NCBI GenBank assembly: GCA_015064635.1
Contig: SVRV01000008.1
Location: 12,770 to 76,769 of the forward strand
DNA length: 64,000 nucleotides
From: Oscillospiraceae bacterium
GTDB taxonomy: Bacteria; Bacillota; Clostridia; Oscillospirales; SIG627
Reading direction: 5' to 3'
Numbering within the stretch: position 1 is the first letter of the stretch; every line of letters begins with the position of its first letter. A model generated the notes under the pieces. That model did no database searches. It was given only the letters and a program-made list of their open reading frames with translations, and was not told where the DNA came from. A program made the position numbers and the translations under genes. Positions 35,336 to 43,980 of the stretch are shown here, piece after piece.

Positions 35336-36202
35336 ATGCAGCACGTACTACATATTTTAGTGCATTCTTTTGAACACGCATTTTTTGATGCGCTGAAGCT
35401 TTTACCCTTCCTTTTCCTCACCTATCTGCTCATGGAAATGATGGAGCACACGGCGGGGGATAAGGCCACAAAAATAATATCACGCTCTGGAAAGGTTGGA
35501 CCGCTTTTCGGAGGTTTTCTCGGTGCGGTGCCACAGTGTGGCTTTTCGGCATCTGGCGCGGGACTTTATTCGGGAAGAGTCATAACTCTCGGTACACTGT
35601 TTGCAATATTCCTTTCTACCTCCGATGAGATGATACCCGTTATGATTTCAAACGGAGTTGGCGCCTCAACACTTCTCAAGATTCTCGGAACAAAGGTGCT
35701 TTTGGGAATTGCGGTCGGCTTTGTTGTGGATTTGCTCATAAAAAGAAAAGACAATGTAAAAATAGGAGATATATGCGAGACCGAAGGCTGTCACTGCGAG
35801 GACGGAATCTTCCGCTCCGCCATAAGACATACCATTGGAGTGTTTATCTTCATACTTGCTGTAGGCTTCCTGCTTGAAGCGGTGATGGGCTTTGTAGGTG
35901 AGGACGTACTCTCGAGGATAATGTCCGATACCCCTTTCCTTTCAAACGTTGTAGCGGCAACAGTGGGACTTATCCCAAACTGTGCGGCATCCGTTGTAGT
36001 GACCGAGCTGTATATCGGCGGAGTTATATCTGCGGGAGCAATGCTTTCGGGTACACTCACAGGTGCGGGAGTCGGTCTCCTTGTCCTTTTCAGGACAAAC
36101 AAGAGCCTTAAAGAGAATCTCCTTATAACTCTGTCTCTTTGGGTATTGGGTATTGCTTTGGGTATAGTACTTGACCTTGTTGGTTTTGGAGGACTCTTAT
36201 GA
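35336..36202 (+). CDS. Polytopic membrane protein, putative metal transporter (ArsP_2 / putative Mn-transporter-like)
   Basis: 288 aa and highly hydrophobic. The GAVPQCGFSASGA and LIPNCAASVV pair of Cys-containing segments recalls the putative permease family PF11449. This is from recollection and not searched. Confidence 0.55.
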   Translation: MQHVLHILVHSFEHAFFDALKLLPFLFLTYLLMEMMEHTAGDKATKIISRSGKVGPLFGGFLGAVPQCGFSASGAGLYSGRVITLGTLFAIFLSTSDEMIPVMISNGVGASTLLKILGTKVLLGIAVGFVVDLLIKRKDNVKIGDICETEGCHCEDGIFRSAIRHTIGVFIFILAVGFLLEAVMGFVGEDVLSRIMSDTPFLSNVVAATVGLIPNCAASVVVTELYIGGVISAGAMLSGTLTGAGVGLLVLFRTNKSLKENLLITLSLWVLGIALGIVLDLVGFGGLL

Positions 36203-37035
36203 ATAACCCCGTAAAAAAAGTTATAGCCGTACACGACCTTTCGGGCTTTGGCAGATGCTCATTTTCTGTCATAATTCCCACAATGTCGGCTCTCGGTGTT
36301 CAGGTCTGCCCCCTTCCCACTGCGGTGCTTTCCACCCATACGGGAGGATATACGGGCTTTACCTTCCGTGACCTGACAGAGGATATAGTACCTTATTTTG
36401 ACCACTTGATGTCACTGGGTACAACCTTTCATGCATTTTACAGCGGATTTTTGGGAAACGCTTCCCAAATTGAGCAGGTAGAATATATGATTGACCGTGT
36501 AAAGGATAAAATGACGGTTCTTGTTGACCCTGTGATGGGGGAGGACGGAGAGCTTTATTCTACATATAACGATGAAATGATGCACGGTATGAAAAAGCTT
36601 GTGGCAAACGCACATATCATCACTCCCAACGTGACGGAAGCCTGCTTCCTGATAGACGAAGAGCCAAAGGACTTTTACACCTCAGATGACATAAAGCGAA
36701 TGGTGAGAGGGCTCACAAAGCTCACCGGCGGTAAGGTTGTTGTAACGGGAATTGAGGGTGACAGAAGTGTAAACTGTGCTTTTTCTGATGACGGCGGTGT
36801 CACGGTTAATTTCACCTCAAACAAAAGAGTTGGCAGACAGTACCCCGGTACGGGTGATATATTTGCATCTGTCCTTCTCGGCAGACTTTTGCAGGGAAAA
36901 ACTCTTGAAGATGCAATAAAGAATTCATCAGCTTTCGTGAGAAGCGTTATGGAATATTCCGTTCAGTTCGACTATCCCGAAAGGGAGGGCGTTCTCCTGG
37001 AAGCAAAGCTTCACGAATTATTTGAAAACTCTTGA
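36199..37035 (+). CDS. pdxK: Pyridoxal/pyridoxamine kinase
   Basis: 278 aa. HDLSGFGRCS...PTAVLSTHTG, VDPVMGEDG and GTGDIFASVL are motifs of the ribokinase-fold pyridoxal kinase family. Confidence 0.85.
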   Translation: MNNPVKKVIAVHDLSGFGRCSFSVIIPTMSALGVQVCPLPTAVLSTHTGGYTGFTFRDLTEDIVPYFDHLMSLGTTFHAFYSGFLGNASQIEQVEYMIDRVKDKMTVLVDPVMGEDGELYSTYNDEMMHGMKKLVANAHIITPNVTEACFLIDEEPKDFYTSDDIKRMVRGLTKLTGGKVVVTGIEGDRSVNCAFSDDGGVTVNFTSNKRVGRQYPGTGDIFASVLLGRLLQGKTLEDAIKNSSAFVRSVMEYSVQFDYPEREGVLLEAKLHELFENS

Positions 37036-37062
37036 ATATACTTACAAAAAGGAGGTTTTGCT

Positions 37063-37521
37063 ATGATAAATTTTGACCCGTTTAAGAAAATAGGTGAAGA
37101 GTGGGCACTCTTTGGCGTTTCAGCCGAAGGTGACAGCAACGCCATGACTGTAAGCTGGGGCGAGGCAGGCGTGCTTTGGAATAAACCCATTTTCACTGTA
37201 TTTATCCGTCCCACAAGACACACGTATACTCTTGCGGAAAAGACAGATATTGCAACTCTTTCATTCTTCCCCGAAGATTTTAAAAAGACACTGTCATATT
37301 TTGGAAGAACAAGCGGAAGGGACGAGGACAAGCTGGAAAAGCTCCCTCACAGCGTAAATGAAGGGGTGCTTACCTTTGATGATGCGACTATTACTCTTGT
37401 AGGTAAAAAGCTGTATTATTCCGACATTGACCCCAAGAATTTCATTGATTCATCTCTTGAATCAAATTATGACAACGACTATCACAGAGTCTATGTCTAC
37501 GAAATCATTGAAGTGAAATAA
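37063..37521 (+). CDS. Flavin-reductase-like (FMN-binding split-barrel) protein
   Basis: 152 aa. NAMTVSWGEAGVLWNKPIFTVFIRPTRHTY is typical of the flavin reductase-like domain. Confidence 0.6.
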   Translation: MINFDPFKKIGEEWALFGVSAEGDSNAMTVSWGEAGVLWNKPIFTVFIRPTRHTYTLAEKTDIATLSFFPEDFKKTLSYFGRTSGRDEDKLEKLPHSVNEGVLTFDDATITLVGKKLYYSDIDPKNFIDSSLESNYDNDYHRVYVYEIIEVK

Positions 37522-37546
37522 ATATAAAAGCAGGAGGACATACAAA

Positions 37547-38257
37547 ATGATAAACGTTACAATTTACAATGAATTCTATCATGAAAAGGTAAATGAAAAG
37601 GTTGCCTCAATCTACCCCAACGGTATCCATAAGGCAATAGGTGAGCTCCTCAGCGTTGACCCTGAATTTAATATCAGATATGCAACACTTGATGATATTT
37701 CAGAGACACTCACGGACGAAATCCTTGACACAACCGACGTGCTTTTCTGGTGGGGACACGTAAGACATCACCTTGTACCCGATGAAATAGTTGAAAAGGT
37801 TTGTCAGAGAGTATATGACGGAATGGGATTCATTCCGGTGCATTCGGGACATTTTTCAAAGCCCTTCAAAAAGCTTATGGGTATGTCATGTAACCTTAAA
37901 TGGCGTGAAACCGAGGACAAGGAGAGAATATGGTCGATTGAGCCTTATCATCCCATTGCCTACGGCGTGCCCGAATATTTTGATATTCCTCATGAGGAGA
38001 CCTACGGTGAGAGATTTGATATTCCCACTCCCGAGGACGTAATTTTCATTGGCAACTTCTCGGGCGGAGAGGTGTTCAGAAGCGGTATTACATACCACAG
38101 AGGACTTGGAAAGATATTCTATTTCCAGCCCGGTCACGAAACCTACCCCATCTATCATATGCCCGTTGTTGGAACAATTTTACGCAATGCGGCTCATTGG
38201 TGCTATACACCAAAGACAGCAACTCCCTATACTCTCGGATTCTGGGAAAAGAGATAA
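37547..38257 (+). CDS. ThuA-domain (trehalose utilisation-like) protein
   Basis: 236 aa. V.IYNEF.HE, DVLFWWGH..H and GF.P.HSGH resemble the ThuA family. Confidence 0.7.
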   Translation: MINVTIYNEFYHEKVNEKVASIYPNGIHKAIGELLSVDPEFNIRYATLDDISETLTDEILDTTDVLFWWGHVRHHLVPDEIVEKVCQRVYDGMGFIPVHSGHFSKPFKKLMGMSCNLKWRETEDKERIWSIEPYHPIAYGVPEYFDIPHEETYGERFDIPTPEDVIFIGNFSGGEVFRSGITYHRGLGKIFYFQPGHETYPIYHMPVVGTILRNAAHWCYTPKTATPYTLGFWEKR

Positions 38258-38323
38258 TAAGAATGCACAATGCATAATAATGGACAATTTCGGCATTAAA
38301 ATGCCAAAATTTCCGAAAAGTAA

Positions 38324-38363
38324 AACGGTGTGGCAAATACTTGTCGCACCGTTGCTTTTTCTT
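38324..38363 (+). terminator. Intrinsic terminator after the ThuA-like gene
   Basis: AACGGTG...CACCGTT stem followed by GCTTTTTCTT. Confidence 0.55.
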
Positions 38364-38413
38364 AAATCCTTAATTCTACAAAAATTCTTAAAATTGTTTT
38401 TCAGGGAGGAGTA

Positions 38414-38444
38414 GAGGGATGCTTTTTTCAAAAAAGCATCCCTC
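38414..38444. terminator. Perfect palindromic hairpin between convergent genes
   Basis: GAGGGATGCTTTTTT-C-AAAAAAGCATCCCTC, a 15-bp stem located 9 nt 3' of the HAD gene stop. Confidence 0.5.
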
Positions 38445-38452
38445 CGCAATTA

Positions 38453-39091
38453 TTAAAACTCTCTTTTCAATATATCCGCAAAATCCTTGGCGTATATGTC
38501 CGAGGCTTCTTTTATTTCCTTGGTGTACTCAGCCGAAGAGTCATCATAAACTGCGGCGGTGTACATTCCCGATTTTCTTGCCGTGCGGAGTGCGGTGAGG
38601 TTGTCATCAACAAAGACACAGTCACCAACTGTCACACCAAGCCTTTCTGCCGCTTCCTCATATATTATTACCTCGGATTTTGTATGACCGAAATCGTCAA
38701 TGGTCCATACCTTTTCAAAAAGGTCGTACACACCGTTGTTTTGAAGACATTCGTCCACGTAGAGGTGCGGTGATGCTGTCAAAACACTGAGAGAGTGTCC
38801 ACGTCTTATAAGCTCCTCGAGCGTCTCCTTCACATTCTCCTTAAGGCGCACATTTGTGGTGTATTCGTGATACAAGTGGCGGGACAGGTCGTCAAGATAC
38901 TTTTCAAGGGTGATATCAAGTCCGAGAGATATGGTATACTCCGATGCTTTGTAATTGCCGAGAGGAGTTATGGTGTTTACAAAGCCGTCGGGTACGGGAA
39001 TGCCTGCTTTTTCCAATGCCTTTATGTGTGCTCCTGCCCACGTTGGCATTGAATCCACAAGTGTTCCGTCAAAATCAAATATGTATTTCAT
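38453..39091 (-). CDS. HAD-superfamily hydrolase (subfamily IA-like)
   Basis: 212 aa. FDFDGTLVDS is HAD motif I (DxDGT), and VDDN lies near the C-terminus. Confidence 0.85.
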   Translation of the reverse strand: MKYIFDFDGTLVDSMPTWAGAHIKALEKAGIPVPDGFVNTITPLGNYKASEYTISLGLDITLEKYLDDLSRHLYHEYTTNVRLKENVKETLEELIRRGHSLSVLTASPHLYVDECLQNNGVYDLFEKVWTIDDFGHTKSEVIIYEEAAERLGVTVGDCVFVDDNLTALRTARKSGMYTAAVYDDSSAEYTKEIKEASDIYAKDFADILKREF

Positions 39092-39171
39092 GCTATACTC
39101 CTAAATCAAGGCTGTAAAAAGCCATTTCGACTTTTTACAGCCTTTGTGTTACAAAATCTTAAAGTCCGGGA

Positions 39172-40662
39172 TTAACCCATTTTATCAAATACCTTTACAA
39201 CCTTCTTGAAGTGGATTCTTGCATTGCCGTACTTCTTAGCGTAGTAGGATTCGAAGTTGTTGTTGTTCTGTCCGAACATACCGCTGAGCATGAATGCAAA
39301 GCCCTGGAAGCCGTCGTAGAGATAACCGAATTCATACATACGTCCGTCGATGATTATATCGAGTATCTCCTTGGATTCGTTGTCGCGGAGATATCTTGTC
39401 TTGAGAGCAATTTCATAAAGTGTGGGTGTTACCTGCTTGTAGGATTCAGCCGAGAGAGCCTCAATTACAGTTCCCACAAATTCAACGTCCTTAACGGTCT
39501 TGGGAACTGCAAGAACAGTGTGTTCACCGGGAGACATTGTGTAATAGTTTGTTTGGTTCTCATCCCACTTGGGAAGGGGAAGAAGACCGTATTCATCTTC
39601 AAAGTTACGAAGTCCCTCACCTGTGGGTGAGCCGATTGAAGCTATGCTGAACACAGCCTGCTTTGCAAGGAAGAGATCCATACCCTGACGGTCTTCGTTG
39701 TTATGTACATAGTGAACACCTGTTGTGTTGAATACCATGTCGTAGATAGATTTAACGATGTTGTTTATCTTGTCGGTCTTTACGGAAAGAGTGGGAATGC
39801 CCTCTTCATTCTTTGTAACTGTGGGGTTGTCAAATGCCCAAAGCCAAGGGTTGATTCCGCATCCGTATGAGTATGACTGAGCAAATCCGAAGAAGTCTCC
39901 GTCGGACTTGTCGCCTGAGCCGTCCTGGTCAATGTAAATGTCCTTAACGAGATTGTAGAAATAATCGAATGTCCAGTCACCGTTAAGCACTATCTCGTAA
40001 AGGTTGCCCATATCATAGGAGTTTGCAAGATTCTTGTTGAACACAAGACATGTTGCACCCGATGTGGCGGTGTAGTTAAAGTCTGAAATTGCAAGGATAC
40101 ACTTGCCGTCATAGGTCAAGTCGGTAGCACAGCTTGCAGCCCACCAAGGCTTTGAAAAGTCAATGTGGGGAATGTCATACCAGTTAAGAAATATATTCTT
40201 CAAAACCGTTGTACCTGCCGAAGCACTGTGTGAGCAGAAAAGGTCAAATTCGTCAGCACCCGAAAGCACGTTCTTTTCTACCCAAGACTGTACATCGTAG
40301 TAAATAGCCTGATATGCAACCTCAATTTCGCAGTTGAAACGGTCTTCAACTGACTTGTTTCTTGAATATTTAGCGTCTGCTATAAGGTTACCCTTGTTTC
40401 TGTCTTCTTCCTTGATAAAATATTCATCGGTTCTGTGACCGGCAATTCTGAATTTTCTTCCGCCGAAGTCGTTTTCGGGAAGTTCGTCAGCTATAGCCGC
40501 ACGCTCTGCGAAAATATCACCTTCACCGGCAGGTGTAACTGTTCCGCTTGTCTTCTTGTCTGAAGTTTTCTTTTCTTCTTCGTTACTGCCGCATGATACT
40601 GCCATAACCAGCACAGAAAGAAGAAGAGCAAAAACTAAAAGTAAAGATAGAGTTCTTTTCAT
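39172..40662 (-). CDS. Lipoprotein, putative orphan extracellular solute-binding protein; paralogue 1 of 4
   Basis: 496 aa. It has a signal peptide with lipobox LVMAVSC|G. It is highly similar to the three upstream paralogues, with roughly three quarters of positions identical by eye (not computed). The SBP family call is tentative. Confidence 0.85.
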   Translation of the reverse strand: MKRTLSLLLVFALLLSVLVMAVSCGSNEEEKKTSDKKTSGTVTPAGEGDIFAERAAIADELPENDFGGRKFRIAGHRTDEYFIKEEDRNKGNLIADAKYSRNKSVEDRFNCEIEVAYQAIYYDVQSWVEKNVLSGADEFDLFCSHSASAGTTVLKNIFLNWYDIPHIDFSKPWWAASCATDLTYDGKCILAISDFNYTATSGATCLVFNKNLANSYDMGNLYEIVLNGDWTFDYFYNLVKDIYIDQDGSGDKSDGDFFGFAQSYSYGCGINPWLWAFDNPTVTKNEEGIPTLSVKTDKINNIVKSIYDMVFNTTGVHYVHNNEDRQGMDLFLAKQAVFSIASIGSPTGEGLRNFEDEYGLLPLPKWDENQTNYYTMSPGEHTVLAVPKTVKDVEFVGTVIEALSAESYKQVTPTLYEIALKTRYLRDNESKEILDIIIDGRMYEFGYLYDGFQGFAFMLSGMFGQNNNNFESYYAKKYGNARIHFKKVVKVFDKMG

Positions 40663-40731
40663 GTTTTTCTCCTCATTTAATATTTATCTACCCTATATAA
40701 TACCATATTTATCACTTTTAGTAAACAAAAT

Positions 40732-40767
40732 AAATGCACAAAAAATTCATGCGTTTTTTGTGCATTT
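40732..40767. repeat. Conserved inverted repeat AAATGCACAAAAAA-N8-TTTTTTGTGCATTT (copy 1 of 4)
   Basis: It lies 7 nt 3' of the paralogue-2 stop. It is immediately upstream of a TTTACT-17-TATTAT promoter for paralogue 1. Confidence 0.85.
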
Positions 40768-40773
40768 AATCTT

Positions 40774-42258
40774 TTAAAGTCTGTCAAATACCTTCAGAAT
40801 CTTCTTGTAGTGGATTTTTGCATTTCCGTATTTCTTTGAATAGTATGATTCAAAATTGTTGTTGTTCTGACCGAACATACTGCCGAGCATAAATCCAAAT
40901 CCTTCAAATCCACCGTAAATATAGCCGAATTCATATACACGTCCGTCAACGACTATATCAAGAACATCCTTGGATTCGTTGTCGCGGAGATATCTTGTCT
41001 TGAGAGCAATTTCATAAAGCGTGGGAACTACCTGCTTGTATGACTCGGCTGAAAGTGCCTCGATTACGGTGCCTACAAATTCTGTATCCTTGACAGTTTT
41101 GGGAACCGCAAGAACTGTGTGCTCACCGGGAGTCATAGTGTAGTAATTTGTCTGATTTTCATCCCACTTGGGAAGAGGAAGCATTCCGTATTCGTCCTCA
41201 AAATTACGAAGTCCTTCACCTGTGGGAGCACCGATTGAACCGAGAGAGAAGATAGTCTGCTTGTTATAGAACAGTGTCATACCCTGAGGCTGTTCATTGT
41301 CGGGTCTGTAGTGAACTCCGTTTGAGTTGAAGAGGAAGTCGTAAAGGTCCTTGACAATGTTATTGATTTTGTCGGTTTTGATTGCAACCTGAGGAACACC
41401 ATCTTCATCCTTCTTAACCGTGGGGTTGTCAAATGCCCAAAGCCATGAGGATATATCACATCCGTACCAGTGTGCCTGAGCAAATCCGAAGAAGTCTCCG
41501 TCAGACTTGTCGCCCGAGCCGTCCTGGTCGATGTAGATGTCCTTTGTAAGCTCTACAAAGTAGTCGAATGTCCAGTCACCGCTCAAAACTACATCGTAAA
41601 GGTTGCCCATGTCATAGGATGCGGCAAGGTTCTTGTTGAAGTACATACACATAGCACCCGAAACTGCTGTATAGTTGAAGTCGGATACTGCAAGAATGCT
41701 CTTGCCGTCATAGGTTAAGTCGGTAGCACAGCTTGATGACCACCAGGGCTTGGAGAAATCAACGTTGGGAATATCATACCAGTTGAGGAATACGTTTTTC
41801 AGTACCACACTTCCTGCCGAAGCACCGTGTGAACAGAAAAGATCGAATTCGTCAGTACCCGACATAACTGTCTTGTTTACCCACGCTGTTACATCGGTGT
41901 ATGTAGATTTGTATGCAACAGTAATTTCAACGTTGAAACGGTCTTCAACCGCCTTATTTCTCGCATACTTGGCATCCTTGATAAGGTCGCCCTTGTTTCT
42001 GTCTTCTTCCGGAATGAAATACTCGTCGGTTCTGTGACCTACAATTCGGAAGGGTCTGCCACCGAAGTCAGCTTCGGGAAGCTCATCGGAAATTGCCGCA
42101 CGCTCAGCGAAAATGTCGCCTTCCACAGCAGGTCCCGCATTAGTGGATGTTGAGGGCTTCGTGGTTTCTTTCTTTTCTTCCTTGCCGCATGATACCGCCA
42201 TAAGTACCATTGAAAGAAGCATTGCAAGTACCAGAAGCGCTGAAATAATCTTTTTCAT
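40774..42258 (-). CDS. Lipoprotein, putative orphan solute-binding protein; paralogue 2 of 4
   Basis: 494 aa with lipobox LMAVSC|G. Confidence 0.85.
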   Translation of the reverse strand: MKKIISALLVLAMLLSMVLMAVSCGKEEKKETTKPSTSTNAGPAVEGDIFAERAAISDELPEADFGGRPFRIVGHRTDEYFIPEEDRNKGDLIKDAKYARNKAVEDRFNVEITVAYKSTYTDVTAWVNKTVMSGTDEFDLFCSHGASAGSVVLKNVFLNWYDIPNVDFSKPWWSSSCATDLTYDGKSILAVSDFNYTAVSGAMCMYFNKNLAASYDMGNLYDVVLSGDWTFDYFVELTKDIYIDQDGSGDKSDGDFFGFAQAHWYGCDISSWLWAFDNPTVKKDEDGVPQVAIKTDKINNIVKDLYDFLFNSNGVHYRPDNEQPQGMTLFYNKQTIFSLGSIGAPTGEGLRNFEDEYGMLPLPKWDENQTNYYTMTPGEHTVLAVPKTVKDTEFVGTVIEALSAESYKQVVPTLYEIALKTRYLRDNESKDVLDIVVDGRVYEFGYIYGGFEGFGFMLGSMFGQNNNNFESYYSKKYGNAKIHYKKILKVFDRL

Positions 42259-42325
42259 TTTTTCTCCTTTTCAACTTTATTGATATAATTATGATAACAC
42301 ATTTATATTGTTTAGTAAATAAAAT

Positions 42326-42361
42326 AAATGCACAAAAAGCGTTTTCGCTTTTTGTGCATTT
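42326..42361. repeat. Conserved inverted repeat (copy 2 of 4)
   Basis: AAATGCACAAAAAGCG-TTTT-CGCTTTTTGTGCATTT. The stem is extended by compensatory GCG/CGC. It is followed on the minus strand by TTTACT-17-TATCAT. Confidence 0.85.
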
Positions 42362-42376
42362 ATTGAATATTGGCTT

Positions 42377-43864
42377 TTATCCGAGTTTATCGAATACCTT
42401 TACAATCTTCTTGTAGTGGATTCTTGCATTGCCGTACTTCTTTGCATAGTATGATTCGAAGTTGTTGTTTCCGCTTTCGAACATAGCACCAAGCATGAAG
42501 CCGAAGCCTTCAAATCCGCCGTAGATGTAACCGAAGTCGTACATACGTCCGTCGATTACTATGTCGAGAACCTCCTTGGACTCATCGTCTCTGAGATATC
42601 TGGTCTTGAGAGCGATTTCGTAAAGAGTGGGGATGACCTGCTTGTAGGATTCAGCTGAAAGAGCTTCCATAACTGTACCTACGAACTCTGTATCCTTAAC
42701 AGTCTTGGGAACTGCAAGAACTGTGTGCTCACCGGGAGTCATAGTGTAGTACTTTGTCTGGTTTTCGTCCCATTTGGGAAGGGGAAGCATACCATATTCA
42801 TCCTCAAAGTTACGAAGTCCTTCGCCGGTGGGAGAACCAACGCCGCCCATAGTAAAGATAGCCTGCTTATTGAGGAAGAGTGTCATACCCTGAGGGTCAT
42901 CGTTGTCTGTTCTGTAGTGAACGCCGTTTGAGTTGAAGAGGTAGTCATAAAGATCTGAAACGATGTTGTTTATCTTGTCAGTCTTAACGGAGATCGTGGG
43001 AACACCCTCTTCGTTCTTTGTAACTGTGGGGTTATCAAATGCCCAAAGCCAGGTTGAAATAGCACACTGATATGCATGAGACTGTGCAAATCCGAAGAAG
43101 TCTCCGTCGGACTTGTCACCCGAGCCGTCCTGGTCTATGTAGATATCCTTTGTAAGCTCAACGAAGTAATCAAATGTCCAGTCGCCGCTCAAAACTACAT
43201 CGTAAAGGTTGCCCATATCGTAGGATGCGGCAAGGTTCTTGTTGAAGAACATTGCTTCGGCACCGGATACTGCAGTGTAGTTGAAGTCGGAGATTGCAAG
43301 GATACACTTGCCGTCGTAGGTAAGCTCATTAGCACAGGATGATGACCACCAAGGCTTTGAAAAGTCGATGTGGGGGATGTCGTACCAGTTAAGGAATACG
43401 TTTTTAAGAACTGTACCGCCCGCTGATGCACCGTGTGAGCAGAAGAGGTCGAACTCGTCTGCACCCGACATAACTGTCTTTGCTACCCATGACTGTACAT
43501 CATAGTAAATTGCCTGATATGCAACCTCGAGTTCACAGTTGAAGCGGTCTTCAACCGCCTTGTTTCTTGCATACTTTGCATCCGCGATAAGGTTACCCTT
43601 GTTTCTGTCTTCTTCCTCGATGAAATATTCATCGGTTCTGTGTCCGGCAATTCTGAACTTCTTTCCACCGAAGTCATGTTCGGGAAGCTCATCGGAAATT
43701 GCTGCACGCTCTGCAAAAATGTCGCCTTCAACAACCGGACCTGTATTTTTTGTACCTGTGGATGTTGGCGTTTTCTTTTCTTCTTCCTTGCTGCATGATA
43801 CAGCCATAAGTGCGGCTGAAAGAACCATGGCAAGAACAAGAAGCATTGAAATTATTCTTTTCAT
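42377..43864 (-). CDS. Lipoprotein, putative orphan solute-binding protein; paralogue 3 of 4
   Basis: 495 aa from ATG 43864 (MKRIISMLLVLAMVLSAALMAVSC|S), which has GGAGG upstream. The ORF-track start 43942 adds 26 implausible residues that run into the promoter. Confidence 0.85.
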   Translation of the reverse strand: MKRIISMLLVLAMVLSAALMAVSCSKEEEKKTPTSTGTKNTGPVVEGDIFAERAAISDELPEHDFGGKKFRIAGHRTDEYFIEEEDRNKGNLIADAKYARNKAVEDRFNCELEVAYQAIYYDVQSWVAKTVMSGADEFDLFCSHGASAGGTVLKNVFLNWYDIPHIDFSKPWWSSSCANELTYDGKCILAISDFNYTAVSGAEAMFFNKNLAASYDMGNLYDVVLSGDWTFDYFVELTKDIYIDQDGSGDKSDGDFFGFAQSHAYQCAISTWLWAFDNPTVTKNEEGVPTISVKTDKINNIVSDLYDYLFNSNGVHYRTDNDDPQGMTLFLNKQAIFTMGGVGSPTGEGLRNFEDEYGMLPLPKWDENQTKYYTMTPGEHTVLAVPKTVKDTEFVGTVMEALSAESYKQVIPTLYEIALKTRYLRDDESKEVLDIVIDGRMYDFGYIYGGFEGFGFMLGAMFESGNNNFESYYAKKYGNARIHYKKIVKVFDKLG

Positions 43865-43934
43865 TTTTTCCTCCTTAATAGAATATATGGTTATAATATA
43901 GTATACCAAATTATTGCGTAATAGTAAATAAAAT

Positions 43935-43970
43935 AAATGCACAAAAAACAGCTGTGTCTTTTGTGCATTT
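43935..43970. repeat. Conserved inverted repeat (copy 3 of 4)
   Basis: AAATGCACAAAA-N12-TTTTGTGCATTT. Confidence 0.85.
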
Positions 43971-43980
43971 AAATCATTTA

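Noticed and set aside
38281-38414. 44-aa ORF (MDNFGIKMPKFPKSKTVWQILVAPLLFLKSLILQKFLKLFFREE) in the ThuA-HAD convergent spacer.
   Set aside because: It has no SD, and it overlaps two terminator hairpins. It is most likely non-coding 3' UTR.
43865-43942. 26-aa N-terminal extension of lipoprotein paralogue 3 (MHLFYLLLRNNLVYYIITIYSIKEEK).
   Set aside because: The three other paralogues start at the MK(R/K) signal peptide. ATG 43864 has a GGAGG SD. The extension would run through the AT-rich promoter region.
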